Shown: one piece after another, positions 35,620 through 47,583 of the stretch
Numbering within the stretch: position 1 is the stretch's first letter
How the letters are laid out: each line of letters opens with the position of its first letter
Assembly: GCA_038087875.1 (NCBI GenBank)
Contig: CM075991.1
Span: 12,526,001 to 12,590,000, forward strand
Reading direction: 5' to 3'
Source: Malacoraja senta
Lineage: Eukaryota
DNA length: 64,000 bases
The notes under the pieces: generated by a model
Databases searched by the model: none
Told to the model about the DNA's origin: nothing
Seen by the model: the letters and a program-made list of their open reading frames with translations, nothing else
Program-made: the position numbers and the translations under genes

Positions 35620-36290
35620 ACTGGGTGGAATTTGAGGGACAGGATCTACTTGTGTTTAGAAAGGCAGGGATTATGTGTGGGATATCGTGTCTCATCAATT
35701 TGATAACGTTGTTTCAAGAGGAGACCGACGAGGGCAAGGTGGAAGATGTCTACAAGGACCTTAGCAAGGCCTCCCATGTAGCAGACTGGTCAGGATCACA
35801 TGGCCTCCTGGGTGAGGTAGCCAATGGGATACAAACTTGGTTTGGTGACAGAGGTCAAGGTGTGGTAGTGGAGGCTTGTTGTCAGACTGGAGGTCCATGA
35901 CCAGTGGAGTACCGCAGGGATCGGTGCTGGCTCCACTCTTGTTCATCATCTATATTAACAATTTGGGTGAGAATGCCATTGGCATGGTTAGGACATTTGC
36001 TAGTGATGAGACTATTTTCCCTGGAACAAAGGTGGCAGAGGGGTGAATTTATAGATGTTATAAAATGTTGAGGAGCTTAGATAGGATAGATTGACACAGG
36101 GTAGGGGAGTTTGAAAGTAGAGGACATAGGTATAAGAAGGGACAGATGTGAGAGGCCAACATTTCACACCCAGGGGTTATATGGAATGAGCTGCCGGAAG
36201 AGATGGTAGAGGCAGATACAGGTACAAGCACAGGCAAAGGGTGGCAATACGGTTGGATTGAAGAGCCTGTTTCCGTGCTGTATAACTCTA
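35620..36290 (+). mobile_element. Old CR1 LINE fragments (RT region and 3' end)
   Basis: Degenerate SCLxNLI...VYxDLSKA...SGVPQGSVLAPLLFIIYINNL motifs. Confidence 0.7.
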
Positions 36291-37849
36291 TAGCTGTTTG
36301 ACTATAACGTTTTAACCCAAAGTGAGAGTAAGAAACAGCCATTCCACCACCATCACACTTAGAATTCTTTGCCGGAATGAGTTTCATTATTGTGATTTAT
36401 GCACAAGTCAAATACTCTCAAGAATCCATCGCATCTATTTTGCCTCCCACATTAAAGCAGGGTATCAAGTTCAGCCACAGCCAACTCCTCCATATCTACA
36501 AATGGCCATATTGCACTTTGATACCAGAAGCATTGCCATGAATAGACATTTCTGTTGCTCTTTTACTCCCCTCCTCCTGCCCCTTCCAATCCATCCAATC
36601 ACACACAACAAATAAAGAAAACACCTCATGTTACTATCCTGTTACCTAATTTATTGGATGACTTAACTAAACAAAGTTGGAGTCCAGAGATCAGGAAGGC
36701 TATCATTTCTAAATTCTCAGTGGTGTCCACAGGCAGTATCTGGTATTTGGCTGTGCTGTATTGATCTTAGCGTGTCTGTTGCAAAATAATGGGACGGCAA
36801 AGATGAGCTGGTCAAGCAGAGAATCACAGAAATTCATAGGATAATAGGAGGCTATACAGACACATCACAGTTATCCTGTCTGTAAAGTAAGCAATCAGAC
36901 TATTCCCATCTCCTCGCACCATCTTATAGATTTGGCCACACAAAGTGCTCATTCTAGGTATTGTTTAATACGCTGATGGCTTTTGTACACAAGACCCTTT
37001 CTGGCAGTAAGTTACAGATAATTCCCACTCATTAGATATATCTTTAAAATTTCTTCAACTCATTTGTCTACATATTTACCTTAAATCCAAAATATAGTTA
37101 TTGTGCTCTCTACAACTATGTTTCCCATTTTCACCTTACTTTGATCTCTCAGCTGCTTGCAACTTGATAAGAGCTTCCTTTCCTTCCTGTATTTCGGCTT
37201 GTATTGAGTCTAATTTGGTAATTTTCCTTGAATCCTATCGACTTTTACCTTTCTGATCAATCTATAATGTGGGATTTTAATCAAGTTCCCTGCAGCCTAT
37301 TTCCACACAGACTATATCAAACGTGTTGCCCTCACCAATACTCCTTGTTATCTAAATTTTAAAAATTCAAACCTGCCAAATCCATGTTTGATTAATGTGT
37401 ACCTGTTGATTTATCACGTTCTTCTGATTTCCCCCCCCTAATTGACTCTACCCTGTCAATAGGCTGACTAGCTTCTAATTACACAGTCTATCTTTTTGTC
37501 ATTAGTAAACAACAGACTCAGAGATGTAGTGCACAGACACAGGCCCTTCATCTTATTTTGTCCATTCCAACCAAGTTGGCATACTAGGCAAGTCCCATTT
37601 GCCTGCATTAGGCCCGTAGCCCGCTGAACCCTTCCTATCCGTACATCACTCCAAATGTTTTTCGACAGATGATATCCATGAGTTGCTAAAAAGGACAGAA
37701 TAAAGGTACATGGAACATAATCCTGGGAAACATGAGGTAACGCATTTTGGAAGCATTAATAAGACCAGGATATACAAGATGATTGGTAAACCTGAGGAAA
37801 TAGCAAATAACAGTGATGTTGAAGTCATGTTCCTAAGTGATACAAGCAA

Positions 37850-38122
37850 AAATTAGGCCATTTGACCCATCGATTCAACTCTGTCGTTCAATCACCGCTG
37901 ATCTATCTTTCCCTCTCAACCCCATTCTCCTGCCTTCTCCCGCAATCCTTAAGGTGTTAATCTCCACCTTAAAAATACCCAATGATTTGTCCTCCACAGC
38001 TGTCTGTGGCAATGAATTCCGCAGATTCACCACCCTCTGACTAAAGAAAATTCTCTTCATCTCCTTTTTAAAAGTACAATGTTTTATTTTGAGACTGTGC
38101 CCTCTGGCCCAAGACTCTCCCA
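37850..38122 (-). mobile_element. CR1 LINE 3' fragment
   Basis: MGESWARGHSLKIK...FFSQRVVNLRNSLPQ. Confidence 0.8.
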
Positions 38123-39648
38123 TCAGCTTCCCATGCCAATTTCTAAATATTTTTAATATATTTCTAAATATTGACTACAAATATTTAGGACAAAATTGTT
38201 GAATGATTTTCTGCGCAATACATTTTCTGTGGTTCTACTACATTAACTAAAACAGTTGCACCATTGAAACTGTATTTACTTAATGAGATCACAGATCTAT
38301 TTATAACTTGACCATCAAAAAATATTTCATCGTTCAACGAAAGTAGACACACAGTCGGTCAGTCACACACCTGCATTGTGAAAGCCCTTACATCGCACTA
38401 ACTGCTAAACTCCAGATAGATAATCAGGCACTGGCCTTTGACTCATGGGATTTGCGTGTTGTTTTACTTAATATATCTCACTCTGGAGATTGTACACTGC
38501 TCATAGAACCACAAGGGGCCTGCATCTGACAACTGTCCTCAATCACAGATTCTTTTATCTTGAGCAGTGGAATATCAGGGTGTTATACAGTCCTTGCTAT
38601 TTGCGAGAGATAGGGATCCAGACTTCCCATAGATAACAAACAAAACACAGACACCACTAAGGCCACTGGCTATGTCAGTTAACTCATAGAGCCATAGAGT
38701 GTGGAATCTAAAACTATGCTATAACAAAAATTAAACAGATATAGGAGAGACAAGAGAAACACATTATATTGCTTCTGCCGTGTTGTTGCCAAGCTTGCCT
38801 GTCTCCTCTCAAAGCCTCTTTTCATCCTCTCCCTAATTCACAATTCCACTTAGTTATGCATCATCTCCAGACTTGAAAATATAATATGTGGTCCCCTCAG
38901 CAAAAATCATTGAAAGTGAATTGATGGAGCTCAAACAACGATTCTTCTGATACCCTACTAGTTGACTACAAGAGCAGTCAGAGGGTAAGTAATCTGTGGG
39001 AATCATTACCACAAAGGGCTGTGGAGGCCAAGTCAGTGGATATTTTTAAGGCAGAGATAGACACTGTATCGAATTTCACTGTACCTTAATTGGTACACGT
39101 GACAATAAACTGACCTTTGAAACAGGTTCTTTATTAGAACGGGTGTCAAAGCTTATGGGGAGAAGGCAGGAAAATGGGATTAGGTGGCAGAGATCAGCCA
39201 TGCAGAAGGCAGAAAAGACTCGATGGGCCGAATAACCTAATTCTACCCCTATAACTTGTGAACTTGTAAAGACAGCAGATTAGTGCAAAGGTTATAGTGC
39301 AATCTGAAGTTGTATAAAGAAAATATTGAAGTGCCATAATTAATAATGTACTGTTTTATATTCATGCCTCTCTTCTGCCGATCAAATCATACCATACACA
39401 GTACAATCAAGCCTCGCACACGTCCGTCAAAGTTAAATAAACTATGGATACATCACCTGTACACGTGATAGGATTGGACGGCTAAATGCAGGAAAAATGA
39501 TCCCGATGTTGGGGGAGTCCAGAACCAGGGGTCATAGTTTAAGAATAAGGGATAGGCCATATAGGACTGAGATGAGGACAAACTTTTTCACCCAGAGTTG
39601 TAAATCTGTGGAATTATCTGCTACAGTAGAGACCACTGGATGTCTTGT

Positions 39649-39835
39649 GTTAAAGAAGGAACTGCAGATGCTGGAAAATCGAAGGTACACAAAAATGCTG
39701 GAGAAACTCAGCGGGTGCAGCAGCATCTATGGAGCGAAGGAAATAGGCAACGTTTCGGGCCAAAACCCTTCTTCAGACTGATAGGGGGTGGGGAGAAGAA
39801 AGGAAAAAAGGAGAGAGTTGGTTGTGGAACAGTCT
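39649..39835 (-). mobile_element. Penelope-like 3' fragment with intact hammerhead core (39749-39776) and 16-bp TSD
   Basis: CTGAAGA-AGGGTTTTGGCCC-GAAACGTT on - strand; CCACTGGATGTCTTGT at 39633-39648 and 39836-39851. Confidence 0.8.
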
Positions 39836-39904
39836 CCACTGGATGTCTTGTCTTGTCTTGTGGTCATCACTCCCGAAGAGTCCACCAGGGACTATACTGG
39901 AAGT

Positions 39905-40130
39905 ATCCTACACCCACTAGGGACAATTTTTACATTTAGCAATTAACCTACAAACCTGTACATCTTTGGAGTGTGGAGGGAAACCGAAGATCTCGGAGAA
40001 AACCCATGCAGATCACGGGGAGAACGTACAAACTCCGTACAGACAGCACCCATAGTCGGGATCGGACCCGGGACTCCGGCGTTGCATTCGCTGTAAGGCA
40101 GCAACTCTACCGCTGCGCTACCATGTCCGC
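39905..40130 (-). mobile_element. HE1/V-SINE-like SINE
   Basis: tRNA-like head and V-domain on the minus strand. Confidence 0.82.
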
Positions 40131-40908
40131 CCATGTTTTCAAGAGAGTTAGATTTAGCTCTTAGGGCTAACGGAATCAAGAGATATGGGGAAAAAGCAGG
40201 AACGGGGTACTGATTTTGGATGATCAGCCATGATCATATTGAATGGCGGCGCTGGCTCGAAGGGCCGAATGGCCTTCTCCTGCACCTGTTTTCTATGCAA
40301 GTGTTACTACCTGGACTCATTCCATTTCCTGTTCCACCTTCATCGCAACAGCATAATTCTACAGAGGAAACTCAAGCTTATCCACATTTCCACAATATTT
40401 CTGTCATGTATTTTGAGAGCTTGCAGCGATGGCAGAACACCTTTTAATGCCACCACTATGTCTATTTTGAGTAACACGTCCAACTCCATAATATTCACCA
40501 GAATTAACGAGTGTCATTTAAACATTCATCACTGCTACCACTACGAATCACTTCTCTCATTACAAGCATGGTCAAGATTTTTTAAATAGAGATAAATTAT
40601 CTTTTTATTTACAATAAACACAGGAACCAAACTCAAGAGACAAGCACCTTACAGGCAGCTGTACTTATTGCTTTCTTAGAGACACACCACAGAATTCAAT
40701 GCTTGCTGTGGGGACAATGAAATGCAGATGCTGGAATCTTGACTAAAACACAAAGTGCTGGAGTAACTCAGCAGTCCTGATGCATCTATAGAGGCATCTT
40801 CAGATGAAGTCTGAAGGAGGGTCCCAACCTATCTATTCTTTCACTGATGCTGCCTGACCCACAGAGTTACAACAGCACATTGTGTTTTACTCAATGCATG
40901 CCATCCTT

Positions 40909-42084
40909 TTTTTTCCTTTTTTAAAATTTTATTAGAAGTTAATACAATACAAAACAATACAGTGGTACCTAATTTTAGGTGCCAACTATGTCATAACGTA
41001 ATACATTCTATGTACAACCTCTAGTTTTATGTTTTTGAAAAGGAGGTAAAAAAAAATAAAAAAATAAAAATAGAGAGAAGAAAAAGAGGAAAAATAAATA
41101 GTAGAAAATAGAAAAACGTGAAGTGTGTATATAAGAAAAGAAAAAATAGAAAGTAGAAATAGTAGAAAAAGACCCTTAAAAAAGAAATTTTCAAATCTTT
41201 GTTCGGAGATGTAAATCTATCCACGACTTGACCTGAAATCAGTAATCTTTACGGTACTGCTGCATCACATGATTCCAAAAAGTCGATGAAAGGGGACCAA
41301 CTCCTTAAGAATTGGTCATATTTATCTATTAGGCGGAGTCTCATTTCTTCAAGGTGTGCTATGTCCGTCATATTCCTAATCCACATTTTAATAGTTGGTA
41401 TAGCTGTATTTTTCCAAAATTTAAGTATCAATTTCTTTCCAATTATTAACCCATAATTAAAGAATACTTTTTGGTCTTTGTTTAAATTGATATCTTCTAC
41501 TATTATTCCAAATATAATCCATTCTGTATTAGGTTCTATTCTTGACTTGAAGAGCTTTGTAAATATATAAAATATATCGCTCCAAAATTTATTCAACTTT
41601 GTACATCCTACAAATGAATGTGTTATATTGGCATTTTGAAACAAACATTTATCGCATCTGGGAGAGACATTTGGGTATAATTTATTCAACCTCGTTTTTG
41701 AATAATATAGTCTATGTAATAATTTAAATTGAATTAAATTATGTGTGTTCATCAGATACTTTTCCCATCTATCTTTCGGGATCTTTATCATTAGTTCATG
41801 TTCCCAATCTTCTCTTAGTGCCTCTGTTGAGGATAATTCTCTATTTAATATACTATTATAAAAATATGATATTAGTTTTTGTGAATCAGCCTTAATATTC
41901 ATTGCTTCTTCTAAAGGGTCTAAAAATATAGTTTGAAATCTATGTATATATTTCTTCATAAAGTCACATATCTGTATATATTTAAAATATTGATTATCAT
42001 TCAGTTTAAATTTTAATTTTAATTGTTGAAATGATAACAATTTGCCCAGTTCATACATATCTCCTACTTTCATACATATCTCCT
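40909..42084 (-). mobile_element. L1-clade LINE, 5'-truncated, ORF2 C-terminus with poly(A) tail
   Basis: ORF 41249-42073 with LIQFKLLHRLYY and the Cys/His motif CDKC...HSFVGC; AT-rich UTR; T-rich tract at the left end. Confidence 0.88.
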
Positions 42085-43099
42085 ACAAAGTGCTGGAGTA
42101 ACTCAACAGTCCTGATGCATCTATAGAGGTATCTTCAGATGAAGTCTGAAGGAGGGTCCCAACCTATCTATTCTTTCACTGATGCTGCCTGACCCACAGA
42201 GTTACAACAGCACTTTGTGTTTTACTCAATGCATGCCATCCTTATTAAGAGAATATCTTACTAGTGCAGGTTCCAATTCCTCAGTGACCCCAGGACACAT
42301 TGCGTGTGAGGTGATTCCCATGTCCGCTCCACACAGACAATGCCTGCACTCATTGTGACCTCAGGGTTCCTCTGAGGTGCGAAGAGAATCTGAGGTGTGA
42401 CAGATTCTTGATTAGTGTCAGGGGTTATGGGGAGAAGGCCATAAAGGGCGTACCTTTAAAAAGATGAGGAGGAATTTCTTTAGCCATCGGGAGGTGAATC
42501 TATGGAATCCATTGCCACAGATGGCCGTGGAGGCCAAGTCATTGGGTATTTTTAAAGTCGAGATTGACAGATTCTTGATTGGTTCGGGTGCCAAACGCAG
42601 GAGAATGGGGTTGAGAGGGAAAGACAGATGAGCCACGATTGAATGGTGGACTAGACTCATTGGGCCAAATGGACTAATTCTGCTCCTATGACTTTGAATG
42701 CCATGTTCTCTTTGTAGCTCAAGAAGTAGTCGTACTTTACAGCAAAGTTCATAAGTCATTCGGCCCTTCAAGTTTACTCCGCTGTTTAATCATGGCTGAT
42801 CTATCTTTCCCTCTCAACCCCATTCTCCTGCCTTCTCCCCATTACCCCTGACATCCTTACTTGGTTTCTTGGTCCTTCAAAATATTCCAAATGGAATTTA
42901 AACTGGAGGTGGATCATTTAAACTGATCAAGAACCTGTCAAACTCCACCTTAAAAACAACCCATGGTTTGGCCTCCACAGTCGAGTGGGGTTTGATTGGA
43001 AACACCTGCACTTACCTAGGCAGGCGTCCTCCATGCTGGGCAGATCACAGATCACACCTCACACTGCCATCTTGAGTGTAGAGTCCTTTGTGGACTACC

Positions 43100-43950
43100 T
43101 TTCACCTGGCCGCCTCCCCCTGCACGTGACAGGGGCGGGAAGGCAGTCACATGGCGGGCGGGGGGGGGGGGCAGTGTGACGCCACTCCCCCCGCTGACGT
43201 CACGGCGCGGGCCCGCGCTCTCGCTGTCTCGCGCGCCGTGTTGTCCATGTCATTCCCGGCCGAGCCGGCTCGCGGAGGCACGGCTTCTCTCGGCGGCAGC
43301 GCCACGGTCTGAACACAGCGGCGGCGGAGTACACCCCTGGACTAGGTAACGCCGACTTTACCTGATGAAATGTCACGTTTGCCGTGCGGAATTCTCGCTT
43401 TGGTTCCACAAAAAAAACGGTCAGAAATCGCCGGACCGTTCCCCGCCCCCCTCCCCCCCCTCCTCCTCCTCTCGTCGTCCATCGGCGAGCGGAACTGACG
43501 TCGTGTGATTGACAGCTGGGCCGTCCGATGGCGGTCAGGCCTCGCGTTGATTGGCAGCGGCCTTGTCCAATGGATGGGATCAGGAGGCGGGCCGTTGTGT
43601 GGATGGGCGGGACTTCCTGCTGGGGTCGGGAGGTTCATCGTCGTCTGAACGAGGCCTCGGGGCGAGTCCGCAAGGTCACCCGGCGAGGAGCCCGCTGGCG
43701 GCCGCCCTGCCCCAGCCTAGTCTCCGACACCCTGTTGTCGCCCGCGGTGATTCCTGGATGGCGTCGGCATTTAAGGCTCTCCCCACGACAAAGCTCCATA
43801 GCCGCGATGCCGGCACCTCCATTTGCCGCTTGACCGGGCGGGGGGGAGAGGGGAGAAGCTGCCCGGCTGCCCCGCACCCTCGGCTGGCCTGGCCCGCCCG
43901 GACCACCGGCAGGCACCCTTGTCCCCGGCCCTGGAGCACCCACCCACCCA
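43100..43950. promoter_or_regulatory. CpG island / OGDH promoter
   Basis: High CpG density; E-box CACGTGAC 43123-43130, GC box 43132, full CRE TGACGTCA 43195-43202, further TGACG sites, CCAAT/ATTGG at ~43549-43571. Confidence 0.8.
43220..43345 (+). other. OGDH: Probable non-coding first exon of OGDH (5' end approximate)
   Basis: Lies in the CpG island downstream of the CRE; donor TAG|GTAACG at 43345; the next clear acceptor is at 52139. Confidence 0.55.
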
Positions 43951-44018
43951 TCCTTGCTGGCCGCCCAGTTACCCTGGTTAGAGGCTACAAAATCCGAGTG
44001 AAACACTTGACTTGTTAA

Positions 44019-44232
44019 TAGACACAAAAAGCTGGAGTAAGTAAGTCAGCGGGACAGGCAGCGTTTCTGGAGAGAGGGAACGGGTGACATTTCGGGTCGA
44101 GACCCTCCTTCAGACTGACATGAAACGTCGCCCGTTCCTTTTTCTCCAGAGATGCTGCCCGTCCCGCCGAGTTACTCCAGCATTTCGTGTCTATCTTCGG
44201 TGTAAACCAGCAACTGCAGTTTCCTTCCTGCA
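44019..44232. mobile_element. Palindromic Penelope-derived element
   Basis: Inverted arms with the family 3' terminus ...caactgcagtttccttcctgcaca. Confidence 0.75.
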
Positions 44233-44920
44233 CACTTGACATGTTGACCCTGCTCCCCTTGACAAAAGTTCCCGCTGAAACCAACGCCCTGGAAACCATT
44301 CTCCCTTTGTCAGTAAGAAGCCAATTCCGTTTCCTGCAGAAGCCTCTCACATGAGAAATCCCCTTTGCTGGGCGTGCAGTGGGATTAATAGGAACACTCC
44401 TAGATCTGAATCGGATGAAGGCTCGCCTTGCCAGTACACTTTGTAGTGCCGCCTTGCCTAACTTAGGCAATTTTCATTAAGATTCCGTTTTTAATGAAGC
44501 TTTTGTTGAATCAGAAGAACTTATAGAAGTTGTAAGTTCAGCCTTCATCCTCCTGTATTGTCGCACATATGTTCGTTAGTTGGTTCCTCTAATTTATAGC
44601 ATGGTTTCAGGGTGAAATTTATGAATAGAAGAATTACATGCAGGCCAGAAACACCAAGGAGTGAATTCTTTGGTACAATTGATTTCTTGAGGTTTTACTT
44701 TGTTTATTGTCCTTAAGATTATAGAAAAGAATGAAGTTTTTCTTTGGTGTTCAGTCCACATTGTGATCTCCACATAGTGAACTGACTACAAAATGCAGAT
44801 TGCGGAACTGTTTTGTGGAGTAGCTGCATTCAATGCACAGCAGCGGCTCGGAGCTCCCTTTTGCCTGTCACTTTTACTCTTGCTCTGTCTGACTTTCCAC
44901 ACTGTTACAGTGTGCCCTGA

Positions 44921-45004
44921 CGTAAACTTGAGGAACAACACCTTTTATGTCAGAGAACATTGCAGGCTTCTGGGCTCATGATTAAATTCTACAACCTTAG
45001 ATAA
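44921..45004 (+). mobile_element. Old Penelope-like GIY-YIG ORF C-terminal remnant
   Basis: Translates to RKLEEQHLLCQRTLQASGLMIKFYNLR*, a decayed version of the PLE end motif RKLEEQHLIFRLGTLQPxGLNIxF. Confidence 0.6.
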
Positions 45005-45097
45005 CTTGCTCTCTTTTTCTGATGGAACTGACCATTTTCTATGTGAAATATTGGCTCAGCTTTTCTCCGACAGTACAACTTGACTTGCGGGACAATT

Positions 45098-45125
45098 CTG
45101 AAGAAGGGTCTCGACCCGAAACGTC
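45098..45125 (+). ncRNA. Minimal hammerhead ribozyme motif (PLE type) at the start of a 3'-terminal PLE copy (45097-45229)
   Basis: CTGAAGA-AGGGTCTCGACCC-GAAACGTC, identical to the 22822-22849 core. Confidence 0.65.
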
Positions 45126-46855
45126 GCTTATTTCCTTCGCTCCATAGATGCTGCCTCACCTGCTGATTTTCTCCAGCATTTTTGTCTTTACCTTCGATAT
45201 TCCAGAATCTGCAGTTCCTTCTTAAACATACGGGACAAATGTTAATTAGTTTCAAAACTTTTAAGTTACTTTGTCCTTGTTCTCTATCCAGATAGTATAA
45301 TATATTTTCCCCTCTAACTTAGTTACCAAATAATGATTTCTGCGATTTATACTCGTGGCAACCCCAGATTCACGTGGTCAAGAGAGATATCCTTTGCCCT
45401 ACCTATTTGTTCCTTCATTCTTTACAACTTGTTTTTACTCTTTCCGAGTTCTCACAGTCCTTTGCCTGATAAACAACGTGTTTATCTTTAACCAGGATGC
45501 TGAGTGTTAATAGGACTTTCTGACGTTTCATATTTCCAATGTCAACAGCCTTTTTGTTTTATTTTCATCACCAAAGGTAGTTAACATCCCTCTGATGGGT
45601 TAACTTAATACATATCAAAAATAAGGTAGTAAATCTGCATTAGCGATGACCACTTGTGTAGTGAATTTTGTGTAATAGAATGCTACAAAGTTATTTAGAA
45701 CTCATGGTAGGAAACACTTCCCCACAGGAGTTCTGTCTGGTTCTGGAAGGCATACGTAGGCGGGTTCCGAGGGATATATTTTCACCCAGAGGAAAAAGAG
45801 GTATGAGACAGAAGTTGTGGGCTGGGTATTGTAGGATAGTGCTAGTGTATGGGGTGATTACTGGTCGGTGCGGACTCAGTGGGCCAAAAATTCACTTCAA
45901 AAATCAAATGTTTGCAACTTTGAGGAATACCCACAAGTGGAATTGCTACTGTTGGTGTCATGTCAACTAACGCATTGGAATGATCACTAAATAATGGAGA
46001 GATGAATGACGTAAGTTCTTAACCTGGCTGTGAAAGGCGGTAAATAAACCACGTCAACCAGACTGAAGAAGGGATCCAACCTAAAATGCCAGCCATGTTC
46101 TCCAGAGATGCTGCCTGACCAACTGAGTTACTCCAGCACTTTGTGTTTTATTAAGTAAACCATTACCATTTTATTCTATTAATTATTGGGTAGTGGTGTT
46201 GCTGCACATTAGTGATAAGATGAGGCATGATGCATGCTATAAAGAGATGCAAGATGATATTGATTATGAGGAAGTAGGATTTGGTCAGTTACGGTGACCT
46301 TGATTTGGTTGCTGGTATGTAAACTTGCTCGTGATGTAAGAAATTTGACACTCTTAATAAACCTCATAAACCTTTGTCCTACCCATCCCTGCCTAACCTA
46401 CGTTTAAGAAGGAACTGCAGTTGCTGGAAAATGGTAGATAAAAATGCTGGAGAAAATAGGCTATTTCCTTTGCTCCATAGATGCTGCCTCACCCGCTGAG
46501 TTTCTCCAGCATTTTTGGCTACCTGTTTTCTCTCTTTCCACACTGCCTCAAGTGTGCAGTTTTTCAGAGGTTGTTTTCTGTCTTGCAGTTCCAAGAATGT
46601 AATGGAACATGTTTAATTTCCATGCTCAGAATTTAATTGGTAAGAAGAATGTATGGAGCTGAGCTGAACACTTTGACTTGCTGCAGTCAAGATCTGTTTG
46701 GGCAGTTTCCACTTGGGCTGCTGAGGAAATTGGAATGAATAAACTGCAAGATGGGTGACCCATAAAGGAGTCCAGTTCAGAGTGAAAGTGAGGAATTCCA
46801 CTGCCAAATTTGTGAGGAGCTATCAAGGGGGGGGGGGGAGTGACAACTGTGCAAG

Positions 46856-47583
46856 GATGCAACGAGACCTGGGTGTCATGGTACACCAGTCATTAAAAGT
46901 AGGCATGCAGGTGCAGCAGGCAGTGAAGAAGGCGAATGGTATGTTAGCATTCATAGCAAAAGGATTTGAGTATAGGAGCAGGGAGGTTCTACTGCAGTTG
47001 TTCAGGGTCTTGGTGAGACCACACCTGGAGTATTGTGTACAGTTTTGGTTTCCTAATCTGAGGAAAGACATTCTTGCCATAGAGGGAGTACAGAGAAGGT
47101 TCACCAGACTGATTCCTGGGATGTCAGGACTTTCATATGAAGAAAGACTGGATAGACTCGGTTTGTACTCGCTAGAATTTAGAAGATTGAGGGGGGATCT
47201 TATAGAAACATACAAAATTCTTAAGGGGTTGGACAGGCTAGATGCAGGAAGATTGTTCCCGATGTTGGGGAAGTCCAGAACAAGGGGTCACAGTTTAAGG
47301 ATACGGGGGAAATCTTTTAGGACCAAGATGAGGAAAACATTTTTCACACAGAGAGTGGTGAATCTCTGGAATTCTCTGCCACAGAAGGTAGTTGAGGCCA
47401 GTTCATTGGCTATATTTAAGAGGGAGTTAGATGTGGCCCTTGTGGCTAAAGGGATCAGGGGGTATGGAGAGAAAGCAGGTACAGGATACTGAGTTGGATG
47501 ATCAGCCATGATCATATCGAATGGCGGTGCAGGCTCGAAGGGCCGAATGGCCTACTCCTGCACCTATTTTCTATGTTTCTATG
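46856..47583 (+). mobile_element. CR1-clade LINE, 5'-truncated, intact ORF2 C-terminus
   Basis: Open frame to the stop at 47492; (TTTCTATG)n tail. Confidence 0.92.

Noticed and set aside
43342..44027. Several 90-155 aa ORFs in the CpG island
   Set aside because: GC-rich low-stop sequence with no recognisable homology; likely OGDH intron 1
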